Origin: the human T2T-CHM13v2.0 reference genome, Homo sapiens
DNA length: 64,000 nucleotides
Reading direction: 5' to 3' (one strand)
Assembly (NCBI RefSeq): GCF_009914755.1
Contig: NC_060926.1
A program made the position numbers and the translations under genes. Positions 37,985 to 52,729 of the stretch are shown one piece after another; positions within the stretch are counted from its first letter, which is position 1, and every line of letters starts with the position of its first letter. The notes beneath the pieces were generated by a model, which was given only the letters and a program-made list of their open reading frames with translations, made no database searches and was not told where the DNA came from.

Positions 37985-39466
37985 TCAGTAATTCTTGGTA
38001 ATAGCAACAGAGGTTTCATAAATATTATAATCCCTAATTTTGCGGTAAAGCATGGGGAAAGGGTGTAAAAGGAAAATAAGCAGCAGGAATGCAGGACGGT
38101 ATGTTGTGTTAATTGCAACAGTTTGATTTAGCTAAGTGAGGTAGAAGCAGTGAGAGGTGCAGCTGAAATGACTGACAGGGATGAGACCATGGAGAACCTT
38201 TTATAACAAGAAATGTAGACAGGGTTTCCACCAGTAGGTGATGGGAAGCTACTGAAGGATTTTAATCAAAAGAATAATATGAGCCGATTTGTGTTTTAAA
38301 AAGATTGCAATGAAATGGAGGCAGTAAATGGTCAATGCTATTTTGTTAATTAATGGAAGAATGAATATGTAGTTTTTCTTTTTAAGCCCTTCAAACATCC
38401 CACACAGTGGTAGGTATTCTGCAAGTCAAAGGAGATGTGTTTATACAAAATATTTCCTCAGAGGCCAGTAAGGGCTGGATTAGTTGCGTAAAGCTCCATA
38501 AGGAAAGAAATATTTGAGTTGGGCTGTGAATATATATCAAGAGAGCGAATTGAGGAGGAAGTAAAATTGAGCACCTGAGTGGAAGTCTCTCTAAGTGTCA
38601 CATATTACACTTATTATCTAATAAGAGAGAAGGGAAATATGGATACTAAACCTCTCCAAATCTGATTCCTCATCTGTAAAATGCAGACGATCATAAAGGC
38701 TACCTTATGTAACTGTTAGGAGTAAATGATTGAATGCATATTAAAAAGTAACCATAATTCCTAGCACACAATATGTTTTTAATCAGTGGTATTTATTCAA
38801 ATGGAAGGAGATGAGTAGATTTGAGATGTACTGGAAAAATGCAAGAGTTTTAAGTCAAATTAATTAATATTTTGTAGGACTAACCATGAGCTAGTCTTGG
38901 TACAAAGTCTTTTCTGTGTATTACCCCTGTAACAGATTTATGGGTTTGGTACTATTATTGTTTCTTTTTTATGCCTGAGAAACCTGTGTTTTAGAGATAA
39001 GTACTTTGTTCAAGATCAGATAGCTATAAGAGGCAGAGCCAAGACTGAAACAATCTGTCTAATTCCAAAGTTTATTGTCTCAACCACTACCTTATACCAG
39101 CTCTGATATTTACTTGCTGTAGTACCATGAGCAAACTTTAGCCACTATGGGCCAGTTGCTTCACTCACTTCCTCTACCCCGTGAGCATACCACCGCACAA
39201 TATTTCTCCATTACAACTGAGATTGGCCGTATGATGGAGTTATGGCCAAAGGCATATGAGCAGAATTAATGTATGCTGTAACTGCCAGAATTAGTTGAGT
39301 CAGAGTGAGTGGGTGTTAGCCACTGTTGACAACATTTTTAAAGACACTACAATAAATGAACTCAAGTAAGAATTGAGTAGTTTAGAAGCAGAAATAGAAG
39401 AGAATGGAGAAAATTCAAAGATACAAATTCACAGAGTTAGAATGCCAACTTTTTTGGTTCTAAGAT

Positions 39467-40110
39467 ACTATATTTAATTAATTATAAGACATACACTTTT
39501 CACATTTTAATATATTTGACTATGGAATGGTCCTTAAAATTTCCATCATCTCATAGTCGCTGTTGACTATGTGATGACTGTGACACAGTTGTCATTGCCT
39601 GCACATGTGTAAGCTTGCTACTTATTCCTATGCTTTATTGGATAACAACATCTCTTAAATATTTCAACCAATAAACCATTAATGGGAATTGGAGGAAGAA
39701 ATATGAATAAAGGTTGTATGTGAATGCCTTCTCCTGACAGGTGGATAAAGCTTCTATAAAATTAAAAACAAAAATGAAAAATGTGTCAGCATTAAAACAT
39801 ATACAGCAATTATTACTAACTTGGAAGAAAATCTTGGGGACAATAATGGAATACTTTAAAAAAAAAGTACCGTCAATACTTTCCATGACATAGAAGATGA
39901 TATTGCATGAAAAAAACACAGGTATCCAGAAATATTAGTCAGAAATTGATTTTTAAAATTTAACGGTGAATTCATAGAATTTTTGAAATGATGTAACCAA
40001 TTTCCTTACTTTCATTTGCCTCATGATGTATTTATAAAATGATATATAATATAAAAATATATGTCTAAACTTCCTTTCTAATAAAGCTGAATAAAGTCCT
40101 ATCAAACAAT
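39467..40110. mobile_element. Kanga/MER104-like Tc2 DNA transposon remnant
   Basis: ctatattt..taagacatacacttttcacattttaa terminal motif; boundaries approximate. Confidence 0.5.
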
Positions 40111-40934
40111 CTTCCAGGGAATAACAAGTATAAACTTCATAAAAAGCATAAAACACACTGTAGGATTAAGAAAAGACACTGAAAAACAATCAAAAGGAGG
40201 TATATTTTAGAGAGGGGTTGACAACTTGGAAGAATACAATAAGATGAATTTATTAGTCCTATAGTTTTAACCTGAGAGAAGACCTCAAACAGTTCACTTT
40301 ATACAGAAAACCTGCATTTTTTTCTAGACTAGAGAGACTCAGACAACAGAATTTACATAAACCATAGCAGCTGTAAAGTGAAGAGAAACTTCCAGAAAAA
40401 TGAGAGAAAGAGCTCTAACTTCTATGCATATACTCTGCTCCAAACCTCTGGCTGAACTCCAAGTTTTGCATACACAGGGAAAACTTCAGGCTCTCAAGCT
40501 AAGGACAAATGAACTGAACTAAGGTTGGAGCTACCAATGGAATGCCAACAGAAAGACAGTTTGAGCCCAATCAAGTAAATTGCCAGCTAAAAACCACCAG
40601 AAAAAGAAGATTTTTTAGGAATACTACAACAGAATCTAAAGTTTTCATCACATAAAAATTCCAACGTCCTAGATATCATAAAAAAATTCTTCACACAAAA
40701 AGAGACAGGAAAATATGATCTTTGAATCAGATAGATGAGAATTTAAGTCTTAGGACTAGCCATGGGATCTTGGACAAGTTTCTGAATTTTGCTAAGCTCA
40801 TAATTTCTTATCTAAAGTATTTTTAATTTTTTTTAAAAAAATCTGAAGTCAACCTCATTTTATGAAGTTTTGTCAGAATCACAGGCAATAATGCATAGAG
40901 TACCTGCCACATAATAGCATTAATCTGATATTAA

Positions 40935-41470
40935 TAAAGCACTTGGTCAACTCAGAGGAGTAGGTTGGAGCTCATCTTCCAAAGATATTAATTAGTGATA
41001 TTTATTTAAACTAATTAAATTACCAGAGAGAAATTCAATGACGCACGTTGGACATTGGCTTGACATTATAAGATTTTGACACCATTGATTCCATCTTGAG
41101 TTGGATTACATAGAGGAATATGCCTTCTCCAGTTCTTAGGAAATCTAGACTAATATGGTTATCTCCCTCATTCTCAGTGAAATAGTCATTGGAAATTATT
41201 CTCTATTTATTAAACGATTTGTTTAGAAAAGAAGTTTGGAAAAAAAGGGAGACTTCCTTGGGAATTAAAATGTGTGTTTGTTGACATTCAAAACATAAAA
41301 GATTATAAAACTGATATATTTTAGTGAATATATAGTTTCCCCACCTAGCTTATCTTCTAGTGCTATATTATCATTCATGACCAGAGCATAGTTTCTATTC
41401 AGATTGATCAGACTTTCAGAACAGTTGAAGGAAGTAGCTTTCCAGTGATTCTTCAACAGGACAACATAAT
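40935..41470 (+). pseudogene. Channel fossil repeat 5 (pore, S6, C-linker, CNBD; S1-S5 not recognised)
   Basis: ALGQLRGVGW 40939-40968; IDSILSWIT*RNMPSPVLRKSRLIW 41084-41158 (cf. CNGA IDAIKQYMHFRNV...YLW); EIILYLLNDLFRKEV about 41192-41236; IYFSEYIV../CYIIIH...EGSSF 41314-41441 (CNBD beta strands). Confidence 0.7.
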
Positions 41471-42735
41471 ACATTAGAAATAGTTGGAATATGGAATTAG
41501 GTTAGTAGTTGAATCCCAGTTCATTTATTTACTAGCTGCGTAGCTTAGAAAAATGTTTTAAGCTCTTTGAGTCTTGGGTAAAATAAGGTTATAGATATTT
41601 CCCTACAGTTCTTTGTATGTATGTATGAGTGTGTGTGAGGGCAAAGTGAAATAATAAGTATAAAGGTGCTTTATAGGTGCTTACACTTTCCATTGATGAA
41701 ACACCAAGAGGCAAGACTGTCAAGTTCAGATGTACTATGGCCGGAAAAAAAGTGAAAAAGTTTGGAGTCTTTTCTAAATCCTTCTCATCTTTGTTTCATA
41801 TTCACTCCCCAGATAAGAACCAGGGTGATTTTAATAGCACATTACTCACCTCATCTCTTCCTTTATTCCTTATCTTTCCTCAGAGTTCACCTAGCTTCAC
41901 AGGAAAGTCTAAAGGCAATGCTATGGGTTGAATGGTGTGAACCCTAGACTTTTCATCCCTTTGCCAATGCCAGCTCCAAAACTACCATGCTCTCCCTGGT
42001 TATCAACTTCCTAATAGACCACCCTTTTAAGCACTTGATAGTTGCACATGGTTTCCATTTGTCCTAAGTGTTGACTTTTAAATGCCTTTCCTTTTCTTTC
42101 TTTTTTTTTTTTTTTTTTTGTCTCTTATAGAATCAAAAGGAAAAAGATTTGAAACCCAGCAGCAGGACAGTGTTTCTGATATGCACTGAATGGCTTTGTC
42201 ATTTTCTTCACTGTTTTTAGGCTGGCTAAGATTTAAACATAAAGTGTCTCCTTTAAAGCATCTCCACTCCTTTAAAACATTATTCATCAATTAGAACACA
42301 TTCAGCAAGACCACTGATACTTTTCACACCATGAATTGAATTCTCCTTGTAATAGAAAACTAAACCAATGTCTTATTGTCATATCAAATTCAGTTATTTT
42401 TGCTCAAGTTCAATTTAGAACAAAGGTCAACTGAAAAACAAAACAAAAGCCAAATAACAACCAGAAGAGAATTTTAAGTTGAGACGGCATGTTGTGTTAA
42501 CTTGCTAGTAACTAACTGGCCATGCCATCCAGGACTTAATCTTTATTCAAAGTTTTCTGTGATATTGTTTTGTACTGAAGAGGTCCTAGCAGGTTAAAGA
42601 AAAGGGTACTCGCTCCATGCTGGGGGACAATGATGGTGAATTCTGGATGACCAATTGGGTCCATGTAGATTCAATCATTTCTTGTTCAAAAACACCTCAA
42701 TAGGTTCTTTACTGAAATTTTATAAACAAGTCTTC

Positions 42736-43168
42736 TGTATTCATCTCCCAGGGCTGCCATACCAAATTATCACAAACTGAGTGGCCAACAGAAATGTATT
42801 TTTCACAGTTCTGGAGGCCAGAAGTCTGAAATCGTGGTGTGGGCAGGGCTTCTGCCTTCTTGGACCTCTGGGGGAGAATCTGTTTCATGGTTCTCTCCAG
42901 CTTCTGGTGGCCATGGGTCATCCTTCCTGTTCCTTGGCTTGTTGACACATCACTCTGATGTTGGCCTCCACCTTCATGTGGGGTTCTACCTGTGTTTCTT
43001 CTCTGTTCCCTGTGTCTTCTCTTAGTCTGATAGTGGATTCAGAGCCTGCCCTATTCTAGTTTGATGTCATCATAAATTACATCGGCAAAGACACTATTTC
43101 CAAATAAAGTCACATTCTGAGATTCTGGGTGAACCTAAATTATGTGGGACATGACTCAATCCAGTACA
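42736..43168 (-). mobile_element. MLT1B/C-like LTR
   Basis: tgtattcatctcccagggctgcc...cacagttctggaggccagaagtc...tttccaaataaagtcacattc. Confidence 0.85.
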
Positions 43169-45060
43169 GCTTTTCTTGGGAAAAATGAAAACACATGACT
43201 GGAATATATGCACAAAGTAATTCTACCCACTTTGATTCTGCCATGTGGTGGAAAAAAAAAATGCCTTGCCTTGGTAACTGAAAAGTACTCACTGCAGTGG
43301 CTGTAGCTTTCTTTAACTCCTTGTGTTGACTGGAAGACCACACTTCTAAGTGACTAGGAAAGTTTCCCAGGCCTGTATCCTCTCTCTCCACCTGCTCTTA
43401 CTTTTCCTGTGGCAACAAGAAGACAGAAAGACTGATGTCAGGTTCTTTCTCAAACAGGACATTAAACTGCTTGGACTCAATAAGAGTCCTCAACTGTGTA
43501 GTGCCACCGGCATTATCTCCAAGGGAACCCAAATAATGAATGACAGTACCTTACATATTACTAGTATAGAGAAAGAACTGGATTTATTCTTACCAAATCT
43601 AAATATGAGACATTTCTTTCAAGAAGGACCTTATATTGGGAAAAAAAAAAAAAGAGTTGAGTAAATTAGCAGATGATCTGGTAAGAAATGACTCAATTTA
43701 CAAATACAGTTGAATGAGAATTTCCCACACCACTTTCATGGAACAAACTCTTTGTGCTGCAGAATCGATAACCCATGCTAAGTGTTTAAATGGAATTCAT
43801 CTGGTCCCCATATAAAATATGCTGATTCTGAGCAACCTCTTGTGCCTAATTCCATATTCTTCTAATTTACTTGCCTCTTTACAGTTTTAAACATATTAGA
43901 GATCACAAGTGTACCAGTGAACAAATAGTAATAATGATATCTACCATTATTTATTGAGCACCTACTGTATTCCAGGCACTGTAATTTGCATTCATCATAT
44001 ATTACTAAATTCAATCTCACTGTGAGGCAAGAGTTATTATCACAATTTTGTAAATGAGGAAATTTAGGCCTTTAAACACCATGTTTTTTTTCCATCATGC
44101 TACACTGCCTTACTATTCCTGACATACATATGGGTGAGATGTCTTATAAGGCCTACTCAAAATACTGGCCCCTATCTCATCAGGATCACAAAGTTAATAG
44201 TTTCTAATGTAACATTCATATCATTTGTCAAATTTTTGTTATTCCCTTGAACAAAAAGTGAATTACTTAATCTCTCCAAAGCCTCAGTTTCCTCACCTGT
44301 CAAGTAGGAAAAATAATGCTCATCCTCCAGGGTGGTCATATAGAAGGTTGCCATAAGAAGAGTTCAATAAATTGAGGTTATTATGTTCACTGTGCTTTAG
44401 CAACTGGTCCACCCTTCAGAGAGGCTACTCTCACACCTCTTTCCCAAAATATCATGTCATAGTCATCACCTGTCCCTGAGAGCAGGGTGTGCAGGTGATA
44501 GGAGATGGAGCTGGGAGAGAAGGGGCTTAGGGCCACAGATAATCTTCAATAATTCCAACAAGTTCTTGAAATCACCTTGTGAGCATGTAAATTACTCTGT
44601 CCTTCTACTCAAATTTCCAGATGGTGCTGAGTTAGGATAACTTAGAACTCACAGCTTCTGCTGCTGGACAGGAGAGAGGCAGCTGGGGGCAGACAGCAGG
44701 ACCCCAGCCATATATATTCAAGGCACCTCCAAGATCTAGCCTAGTGACTTCTTTATTAATTATACAAATAAAGTACTCATTGAGAATAAATATATTGCAA
44801 CAGTAAGCTGCAGCAGGAAAATTTTGTTCACTGATTTCTCAGTTTAAATCTATAACATATGAATCCCTCTGCTCTCACAGACTCTTAGATTTGAAAAATA
44901 CTTTAGAGATCATTTCATTTAAAAATAAATATTCACTTTATGGAGAGGGTAATTAGAGCTCATGATTAAATGGTTTGCCAAAGATCACATAATTAGACAG
45001 AGCTAGACCTAGAAACTCAGTTTTATTTATTTATTTTTAAATATGAAGATAACCTCAAGA

Positions 45061-45262
45061 CAGGGTTTCTCAACCACAGTGCTATTGACATTTGGGGCTG
45101 GATGATAATTTGTTGTGGGGGGATGTCGTGTGCACTGTGGGATGTTTAGCAGCCTCTCCCTGCTCAAGAGATGCCAGGAACAACCTCCAGCCCCTCAGCA
45201 TCACAATCCAAAATGTCTCTACACGTTGCCTGTGAGTAAAATTGCTCCAGTTGAGGATGACT
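45061..45262 (+). mobile_element. MER20
   Basis: cagggtttctcaacc..tattgacatttggggctggat..aaaatgtctc..gttgag. Confidence 0.85.
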
Positions 45263-46566
45263 ACCTTAAGACTTATTCTGGAAATCAAATGAAATAATGA
45301 GCATGCTTCATAACGAATTGTTGCTTAACAATGAAGTGTTGGACATTTACCAGTGATTATTAGGTCCAGGGATTCTGTTCCTGAGTGTTGTTTTCACTCT
45401 CTCATGCAGGAAGTACTTGCACAAGGGTGAGATAAACCCCCAGTGTGCAAAAGGGAACAAGAGAGTTCATAGAGCTCATGTGGCCTTTGGAATTAAACCA
45501 TGGGATCAACTCAGAATGGATGAGATCAGATGTCTACTTATGCCTATTATACCCTCGCCTATTCATCTTCAGTCCATTAATTCTCAAGCAGCCCCTCTTC
45601 AAGGAAGCTTTTCTGAAGTCTTCACCCTGGGTCTGGCGTTGGTTGCCTTCCTCTGTATTCCCAATCTCCCTATACATTTCTTAACTGCTGCACTCACCAC
45701 ATTGAGCTATAATGATTTGTTTACGTGCCTGTCTCTCCCTGTAGACATGGGTCTTAGAGGAAATGATTGTGTTTTATTTGTCTTTATATACTTACCAACT
45801 CATGCAATGCATGACTTATAAGATGATCAATTAATATTTGATGAATAGGTAATAGAGCAATGCAGCGATTTTTAAAAATAAAATGAGTAAGAGTTCTCCT
45901 TTCTCCATATCCATGCCAGCGTTTTTTATAATCGCCATTCTAACTGGGGTAAGATAATGTCTCATTGTGGTTTTGATTTGCATTTTCCTGATAATTAGTA
46001 ATGTTGATAATTTTTTTCCATATACATGCTGGCCATCTGTATGTCTTCCTTTAAAAACCTTTATTCAGATCTTTTCCCCATTTTAAATCAGATGGTTTGT
46101 TTTGCTATTGAATTATCTGAGTTCTTTATATATTCCAGATATTAACCCCTTGTCAGATGAGCAGTTTGCAAATATTTTCTCCCATTCTGTAGATTGTCTT
46201 TTCTCTCTGTTGATTGTTTCCTTTCCTGTGCAGAAGCTTTTTAGTTTGATGTAATCCCACTTGTCTATTTTTGCTTTTATTGCCTGTGCTTTTGGAGACT
46301 TGTCCAAAAATTTCTTGTCCAGACCAATGTCATGAACATTTATTCTATGCTTTTTTTCTATTAGTTTTAAATCTTTGGGTCTTACACTTAAGTACCTAAT
46401 CCATTTTGAGTTGATTTTTTTGTGTATGGTAAATTGTGTATATAGTATGTTGGTGGTAATGTAAATTAGTACAACTGTTATGAAAAATAATAGGGAGGTT
46501 TCTCAAAAAACTATGACCCAGCAATCCTACTACTAGGTATATATAACCAAAGAAAATACAATCAGT

Positions 46567-46921
<355 letters not shown>

Positions 46922-47100
46922 TCATAATTATTGCAGCACTATTCAAAATAGCCAAGATATGCAATCAACCTAAGTGTCCATCAACAGATGAACGGATAAA
47001 GAAAATGTGATATATATGCACAAAGGAATACCATTTGTCCATAAAAAATACTGGAATCATGTTATTTGTCATAGCATAGATGATCCTGGAGGACATTGTT

Positions 47101-47178
47101 TTGCTGTTGTTGTTGTTGTTGTTGTTGTTGAGACAGAGTTTCTCACGTCGCCTGGGCTGGAGTGCAGTGGCACGATCT
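47101..47178 (-). mobile_element. 5'-truncated Alu (about 50 nt) with (TTG)n tail, inside L1MA
   Basis: Alu 3' end in reverse complement; degenerate TSD ctggaggacattgtt / ctgaagaatattgtt. Confidence 0.85.
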
Positions 47179-48135
47179 CTGAAGAATATTGTTAAGTGAA
47201 ATAAGCCAGCCAAGAAAAACGAACACTGCATGATCTCATGCATACACTGAATCTAAAGAAGTTGATCTCATAGAAGTAGAGAATAGAATGGTGGTTACCA
47301 GAGGCTGGAAAGTGTAGGGAACTGGAGGGATAAGCAAAGATTGATCAATGGGCCCAAGGTAGAGTTAGATAGGAGGAATAAGTTCTGGTGTTCTATTGCA
47401 CTGTTGGGTGACTATGGATATTGCATATTTTAAAATAGCTAGAAGTGAGGATTTTGAATGTTCTTACCACAAAGAAATGATAAATGTATTAGGTGATAGA
47501 CATGATAGGTACCCTAATTTGATTTTTCCGCAAGGTATACATGTATCACAACATCACACTATATCCCATAAATATGTACAGTTATTATGTGTCAATTAAA
47601 AACAAAATAAAATGAATGGTAAAGCTTTAGAGATACAGAGTCCATTTACTTTAGATTATGAATAGAGCAAAGAGTTCCCAGGCCAGGCAAATAATTTTCT
47701 CTGAATTTAGCTGGACAAAGAAGAAAGTCAGCAGGCAGCTGCCGACAGCATCGATTCAAACAGTGTTCTGAAACATCTCTGAATAAAAAAAAAAAAAAGT
47801 GTGCACGTGTATATTATAAGATGAAATTAATCTATAATATTCTATTTTATGGAGGAGTATGTGGTTATAGGGAATACTAGTTAAGCAAGGCTCAAGTAAT
47901 AATAGATGCTCTCTGAACTCCCTTCTTAGGAAGATAGATCCATTTCCCTGCTGTGTATTATTTAGCCAAGAGGGATAGGCAAGGTTGGACCAGAGAGGAA
48001 CCCCCTGGAACAACAGAGGCTGAGCACAGCTATTGCCTTCTACTTTTATTGCCTCCCTAACCCACCTCACGCCCATGCAGAGCTCAATTTCTCCTCTCAA
48101 GAAGTGGTGAGCAACTATTTAAAGAATATCATTCT

Positions 48136-48396
48136 AGCTGGACTCAGTGTCTCACGCCTATAATCCCAGCACTTTGGGAGGTCAAGGCAGGTAGATCACT
48201 TGGCCAGGAGTTCGAGACCTGCCTGGCCAACATGGTGAAACCCTGTCTCTAATATATATATATATATATAAATTAGCTGGGCATGGTGGCACATGCCAAT
48301 AGTCCCAGCTACTCAGGAGGCTGAGATCATGCCACTGTGCTCCAGCCTGGGTGACAGAGTGAGACTCTGTCTCAAAAAATAAATAAATAAATAAAT
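48136..48396 (+). mobile_element. Alu with right-arm internal deletion
   Basis: ggaggctgag is joined directly to atcatgccactg; the middle A-tract has become (TA)n. Confidence 0.9.
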
Positions 48397-51300
48397 ATTT
48401 TGAAGCAAGACCAAATCATTGGCTTGGCCCCAGTTTTAATGTAATTGGCTGTATTATCACAACTGAATAAAGATCCTGGGATTGTACTGGGAAGAACATA
48501 AACAGTGGAAGGTCAGGAAAGGAAGAGCTAGTGAGGGAGACTTTAAAGTAGACATCCAAGGGTCCTGTGGGCCAAAGGTGGCCTGTTGGACCCTTAAAAG
48601 CATTTATCATCTTGACAGTGGGCATGGTGACTAAGGCTGATGCATGAAGCCATACTCAATTTACTCAATTTATGAAACTACCAGTCTTTACCCGATTCCA
48701 AGTTTACTAGCAACCTTGACTTCCTGTGTACTTTGTCTACAGGGAGTGTATTGTTTAGACCAAAAAGAAGAGTAGGCCTGGCTGACAGTTTTCTTTTTCT
48801 TGGTAAATGCACAACATTGTTCCTGGTTTACATAAGTGAATTTACTCAGTAGGAATTGACCTTCCCAAATATGATCAACTCTGGAACATTGGTAAGTTTG
48901 AGTTTCTTGACCTGTGGGACTAGAAGGGCTAGATCTGAGACTTCTGTGGTTTCAGCAAAGTAAATACCAAGCGGTGAGGCCTCACCACGGCAACTCTTAT
49001 TCTAATGTCACATCTGTCCTTGCCAATGCCTTTATCTCCACTTTCTCCACGGAACACTAAAATATCCATCCTTAGGATTCAGTCCAACTGTTTCATAACA
49101 AACTGCAATTATAAACTCCTACATGATGTCACAATAGCATCAGTTCAATCATGATTTTCTTGCCAAGTAAGCTCCCCTGAATGTAACTATGATTGTTTTT
49201 CTACAGAAACCACTCCATCTGGGATGCATGGGCTCCGAGAGAGCAGTGCATCTCCAAATCTGACAGACATCCAAGACAATTCACTCGAAATTTTGTTGTC
49301 ATTCTTTTTTCTTTCTTCTTTAAAGTGCCAGTCCTCCCCAAGATTCTGGGAAAGGTTCTGATTTTGTCATTTTAAATCTGTTCTTTCTCTACAAATAAGA
49401 TCTATTCATTTGCAATTGACAAGTCTTGGAAAATACAAAAGAAAAACTTAGACTGGCTAATGCATTTTTAATATTTATGGGCACAAAGCACATGTGTGTG
49501 TTTGGTCTACTGCCTAGTGCTTGGTAGAACTCACAATGTGAAATAATAGTCACTTGAAAAACCTAAAACTTGTAAGGAACAGAATAAACACTTTCCCAGA
49601 ATACTCTGCAAAATGGTTAGCTCTGTATTACCCTGTGCAGGGTAGATTTGGAAGTGCTGCATGAAGCTGAAATAAACACCTGAGTTATAAATAGTGAGAT
49701 GATCAACGCAGTTGAGTAAATGTTGAGATCCAGAAACATCTGGTGAGTTTTTACTTTCTCACCTGCCATCTCTCTGCTGTCGTCTTCTTCCAAACAGTGC
49801 TCAAATTTGTTTCTTCTAAGCTGGGGGGAAAGAAAATCTCCTGAGCGGTTCAGCAAATATCCCAGTGTTGCTGACAAAACCAAATAACGATTAGTGCCAT
49901 CTCTTCGTTGACAATTGCTGCCTCCGTTATCAGGGTCTGTCAGCTCACTCCTCTCAGGTGTGCATGCACTTCTGAAACCTGTGTCTCCACCCCTGCCATT
50001 CGCTGGGTGCCTCTAATGGGCAGCAGAACATCTTTGTTACTGTGCCTCAGCATGGAGTTGTCAAGGAATATGGCCGTCCCTAGGAAAAGGAAAGACAATA
50101 AAGCTTCAGTCATAGGATTTTCACAAAGGCGCAGCCACTTTCAAACCCAAACTACCCGAAGTAAAGGCAGAGCACAGCTGCACCTTCCCAGTGATGGGGC
50201 CCAGGAAGTGTCAGCCACATCTGTTAGCTCCTGTTTGGTTTCGATAGCAAACCTGCCAGAGTTCTCCATCAGCAGTTGTTCAGCCCCGCTGAAGCTGTCA
50301 TCTCACCAGGTAATTGAGCTACCTATGATGCTCCACATCACACTTTATTGGGGGAATATAACACTGTGGTGGAGAGTGTTTAAATATTTTTCCCATGGAA
50401 GTCACATAGTAACTATTGTGGCTGAATTCTTAAACTTCTGTTTTGTAATGACTGCTATTTGTATTGCATTTCTTAATTTATAAATCACTCTCCTATACAT
50501 TATCTTTTCATTTTAGTCACCAACCAGTAAAAGGTGACTATTATTATATAAGTGCAGAAATAAAGAGGATAAGTAAAATTTGCCTGTGATTACTCAAAAA
50601 AGAGAGAGCCAAGACTCAAATCCTGGACCTCCAATTACAAATCTTGCTCTCTTCCAATCTTGGAACTTATAAAGTCTAAGCAATAAGAAGGCACAGCTCA
50701 GCAGCTGGGGTTCCCAGGTTCTAACTTCATTTGTTAGGCCTTGTACTCTCCTGCAAAAATTATCCTGAAAATATCTAATTTGGACCTGAGATATTTTTGA
50801 GGATTACTGAATCTGCACATTATACAACGTATGCAGGCACACACATGCCCCCTTAACATATATATATGTGTGTGTGCGTATTAAACTATTGAGCTTTTAA
50901 AATTTTCTCAAGCAAAACCATAATAGACAAGTTGGAAATCTGTATAGTACTTGAGAATGAAGATGAGAGATGTGTGGCTCCAAGAACTAGGAGATATAGA
51001 AGATACCAGATCCAACGTAGCTGCTCCTGGACCAGATCTTACTCAATGATGTTGGCACATCCAAAGAAAGAATATTCCATTTTAAATGAATGGTGAACAC
51101 AAAAAACAAACTGAGAAGGGAAAACTGCCATTACTCTGGTGGGGGAGAAACTAGAGGACCATTCCTTGCAGGGAGGTGGGTGCCAAAATGCTTCGCCCAG
51201 CAAATAATAGTTGCAGCAGGCTTGGTGCTGTGTCTGAGTCTGCAGAGATAAATGAGGCATGGAGGTGTTTTCCTGGAGCTCACAGAAAATAAAGCAAGCA

Positions 51301-52421
51301 GCTAACAGACCACTGTGGTGCAGTGTGATAAGTACAATGAGAGGGGCACTCAGAGAGCCATGGGAAGCCAGCAGACGGACATCAGTTCAATCGGAGCATT
51401 CCAAGGGTTTAAGAAAGAATCTAGGAACAGAAAATTCTGGGAAAGGAAAACAGTAAGTGTGTCATGAACACAGTATAATGAATAAAGAGCATTGATCAGA
51501 TCTCTGTGTCTGGAGTGAAGGGTGCTTGGGAGGAAGTGATAAGAGATGGATTTAGAAAGATAATCTGATGTTGGTCATGAGGTTTTCCTACTGGACACCA
51601 GGCCACGGAGGAAGGGGTGGGGATGGACAAAAGTTAAGTCTTTTAAGCTTAAATTTAAGGGGTATCATCAAATTGCTTTTTAGGAATATTCTTAGCAGTG
51701 CACTTAGGATGACTAGAATTGGGTGAGATTGGGAGGCTATTTGCAGCAGGTCTGAAGAGATACGCTGCAGGTTTGAAGTCAGGAGGTTGCACTAGCAATG
51801 GAGGAAAGCGGCTGTGAGTGAGTGACAGTGTGGTGTAGCCACCCAGCCTGGAGGCTCTGCTGTGTCCTTTCTGCACTCAGACCACATCCACAGAAGCCAA
51901 ACTGGGCCCACTGAACTGCCTCACTATCTTCCATCCTGGACCACAGTGAGCCATGCCAGGAATGGGCACCTGACTAAAGCTGAACCAGTCAGAAGGCTTC
52001 TGCAAGACTTTTCAGCCTTGAGCTGGGGGAAAGAAACTCCTTTACCTATTAAGACTTACAGCAGGCAGCAGACATTTCTCGAATGAGAAGTGACCTCTTT
52101 ACAGTAGGTGAGAATAAAAGTGACACACTGAACACAACAAGAGTCCAGAGATGGAAAACAAACTTTTTGGATTCAGATTCTACAATCCCAGATACGATAA
52201 AACCACATCAGCCTTGGGCATGCCATCGAGGCTGATTATACCCTCCTTTTCTGCTCGTTTCTTTTATTTGGGATTTAGTCATTTGCAACTCTTTTAGGTT
52301 CTTAAGTTAAATACTGGGAACGAGACGAAGTGGGACAGAACTGGGAGACCTGAAAAAATGGAATTATGGGACACAGAAACAAGAAATGTGGCTGGTGCAT
52401 CAAGCTTAATATAGAGTATAT

Positions 52422-52638
52422 CAGGGTTTGGCAATTTCTTTCTGTAAAGGACAATAGTAAGTATTTTAGGCTTGGAAAGCCATACGATCTCTCTTCAACT
52501 ACTCACCTCTGCTGCTGTAACATGAAAGCAGTCAGACATATGTAAATAAATGACAATGGCTATGTTTCAATAAAACTTTATTTACAAAGACAGATGGCTG
52601 GTCAGATTTAGCCTGTAGTCCATAACTTTCCAGCCCCT
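52422..52638 (+). mobile_element. MER58A
   Basis: cagggtttggcaa..tctgtaaagg..aataaaactttatttacaaa..cccct. Confidence 0.85.
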
Positions 52639-52729
52639 AACCTGCACAGTTTACTTTCTTTTGCATTAATTCCAAGCTTATCAATTACTCTCTTTTTGCC
52701 AAGTGTAGCTCTCATATTACCTTAATATT

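Noticed and set aside
35600-40900. S1-S5 of channel repeat 5
   Set aside because: The interval is filled by MST, MIR, L2, ERV1 LTR, Tc2-like and L1M remnants; no convincing channel motifs were found.
42626-42649. DNDGEFWM resembles the calpain DGEFWM motif
   Set aside because: No other calpain motifs (QGxLGDCW, GHAY, RNPWG) were found; the position fits the S2-S3 loop of channel repeat 6.
49908-50483. 191-aa ORF, the longest in the track
   Set aside because: Non-ATG start and mostly non-coding-like; only its last ~35 codons overlap a fossil CNBD piece.
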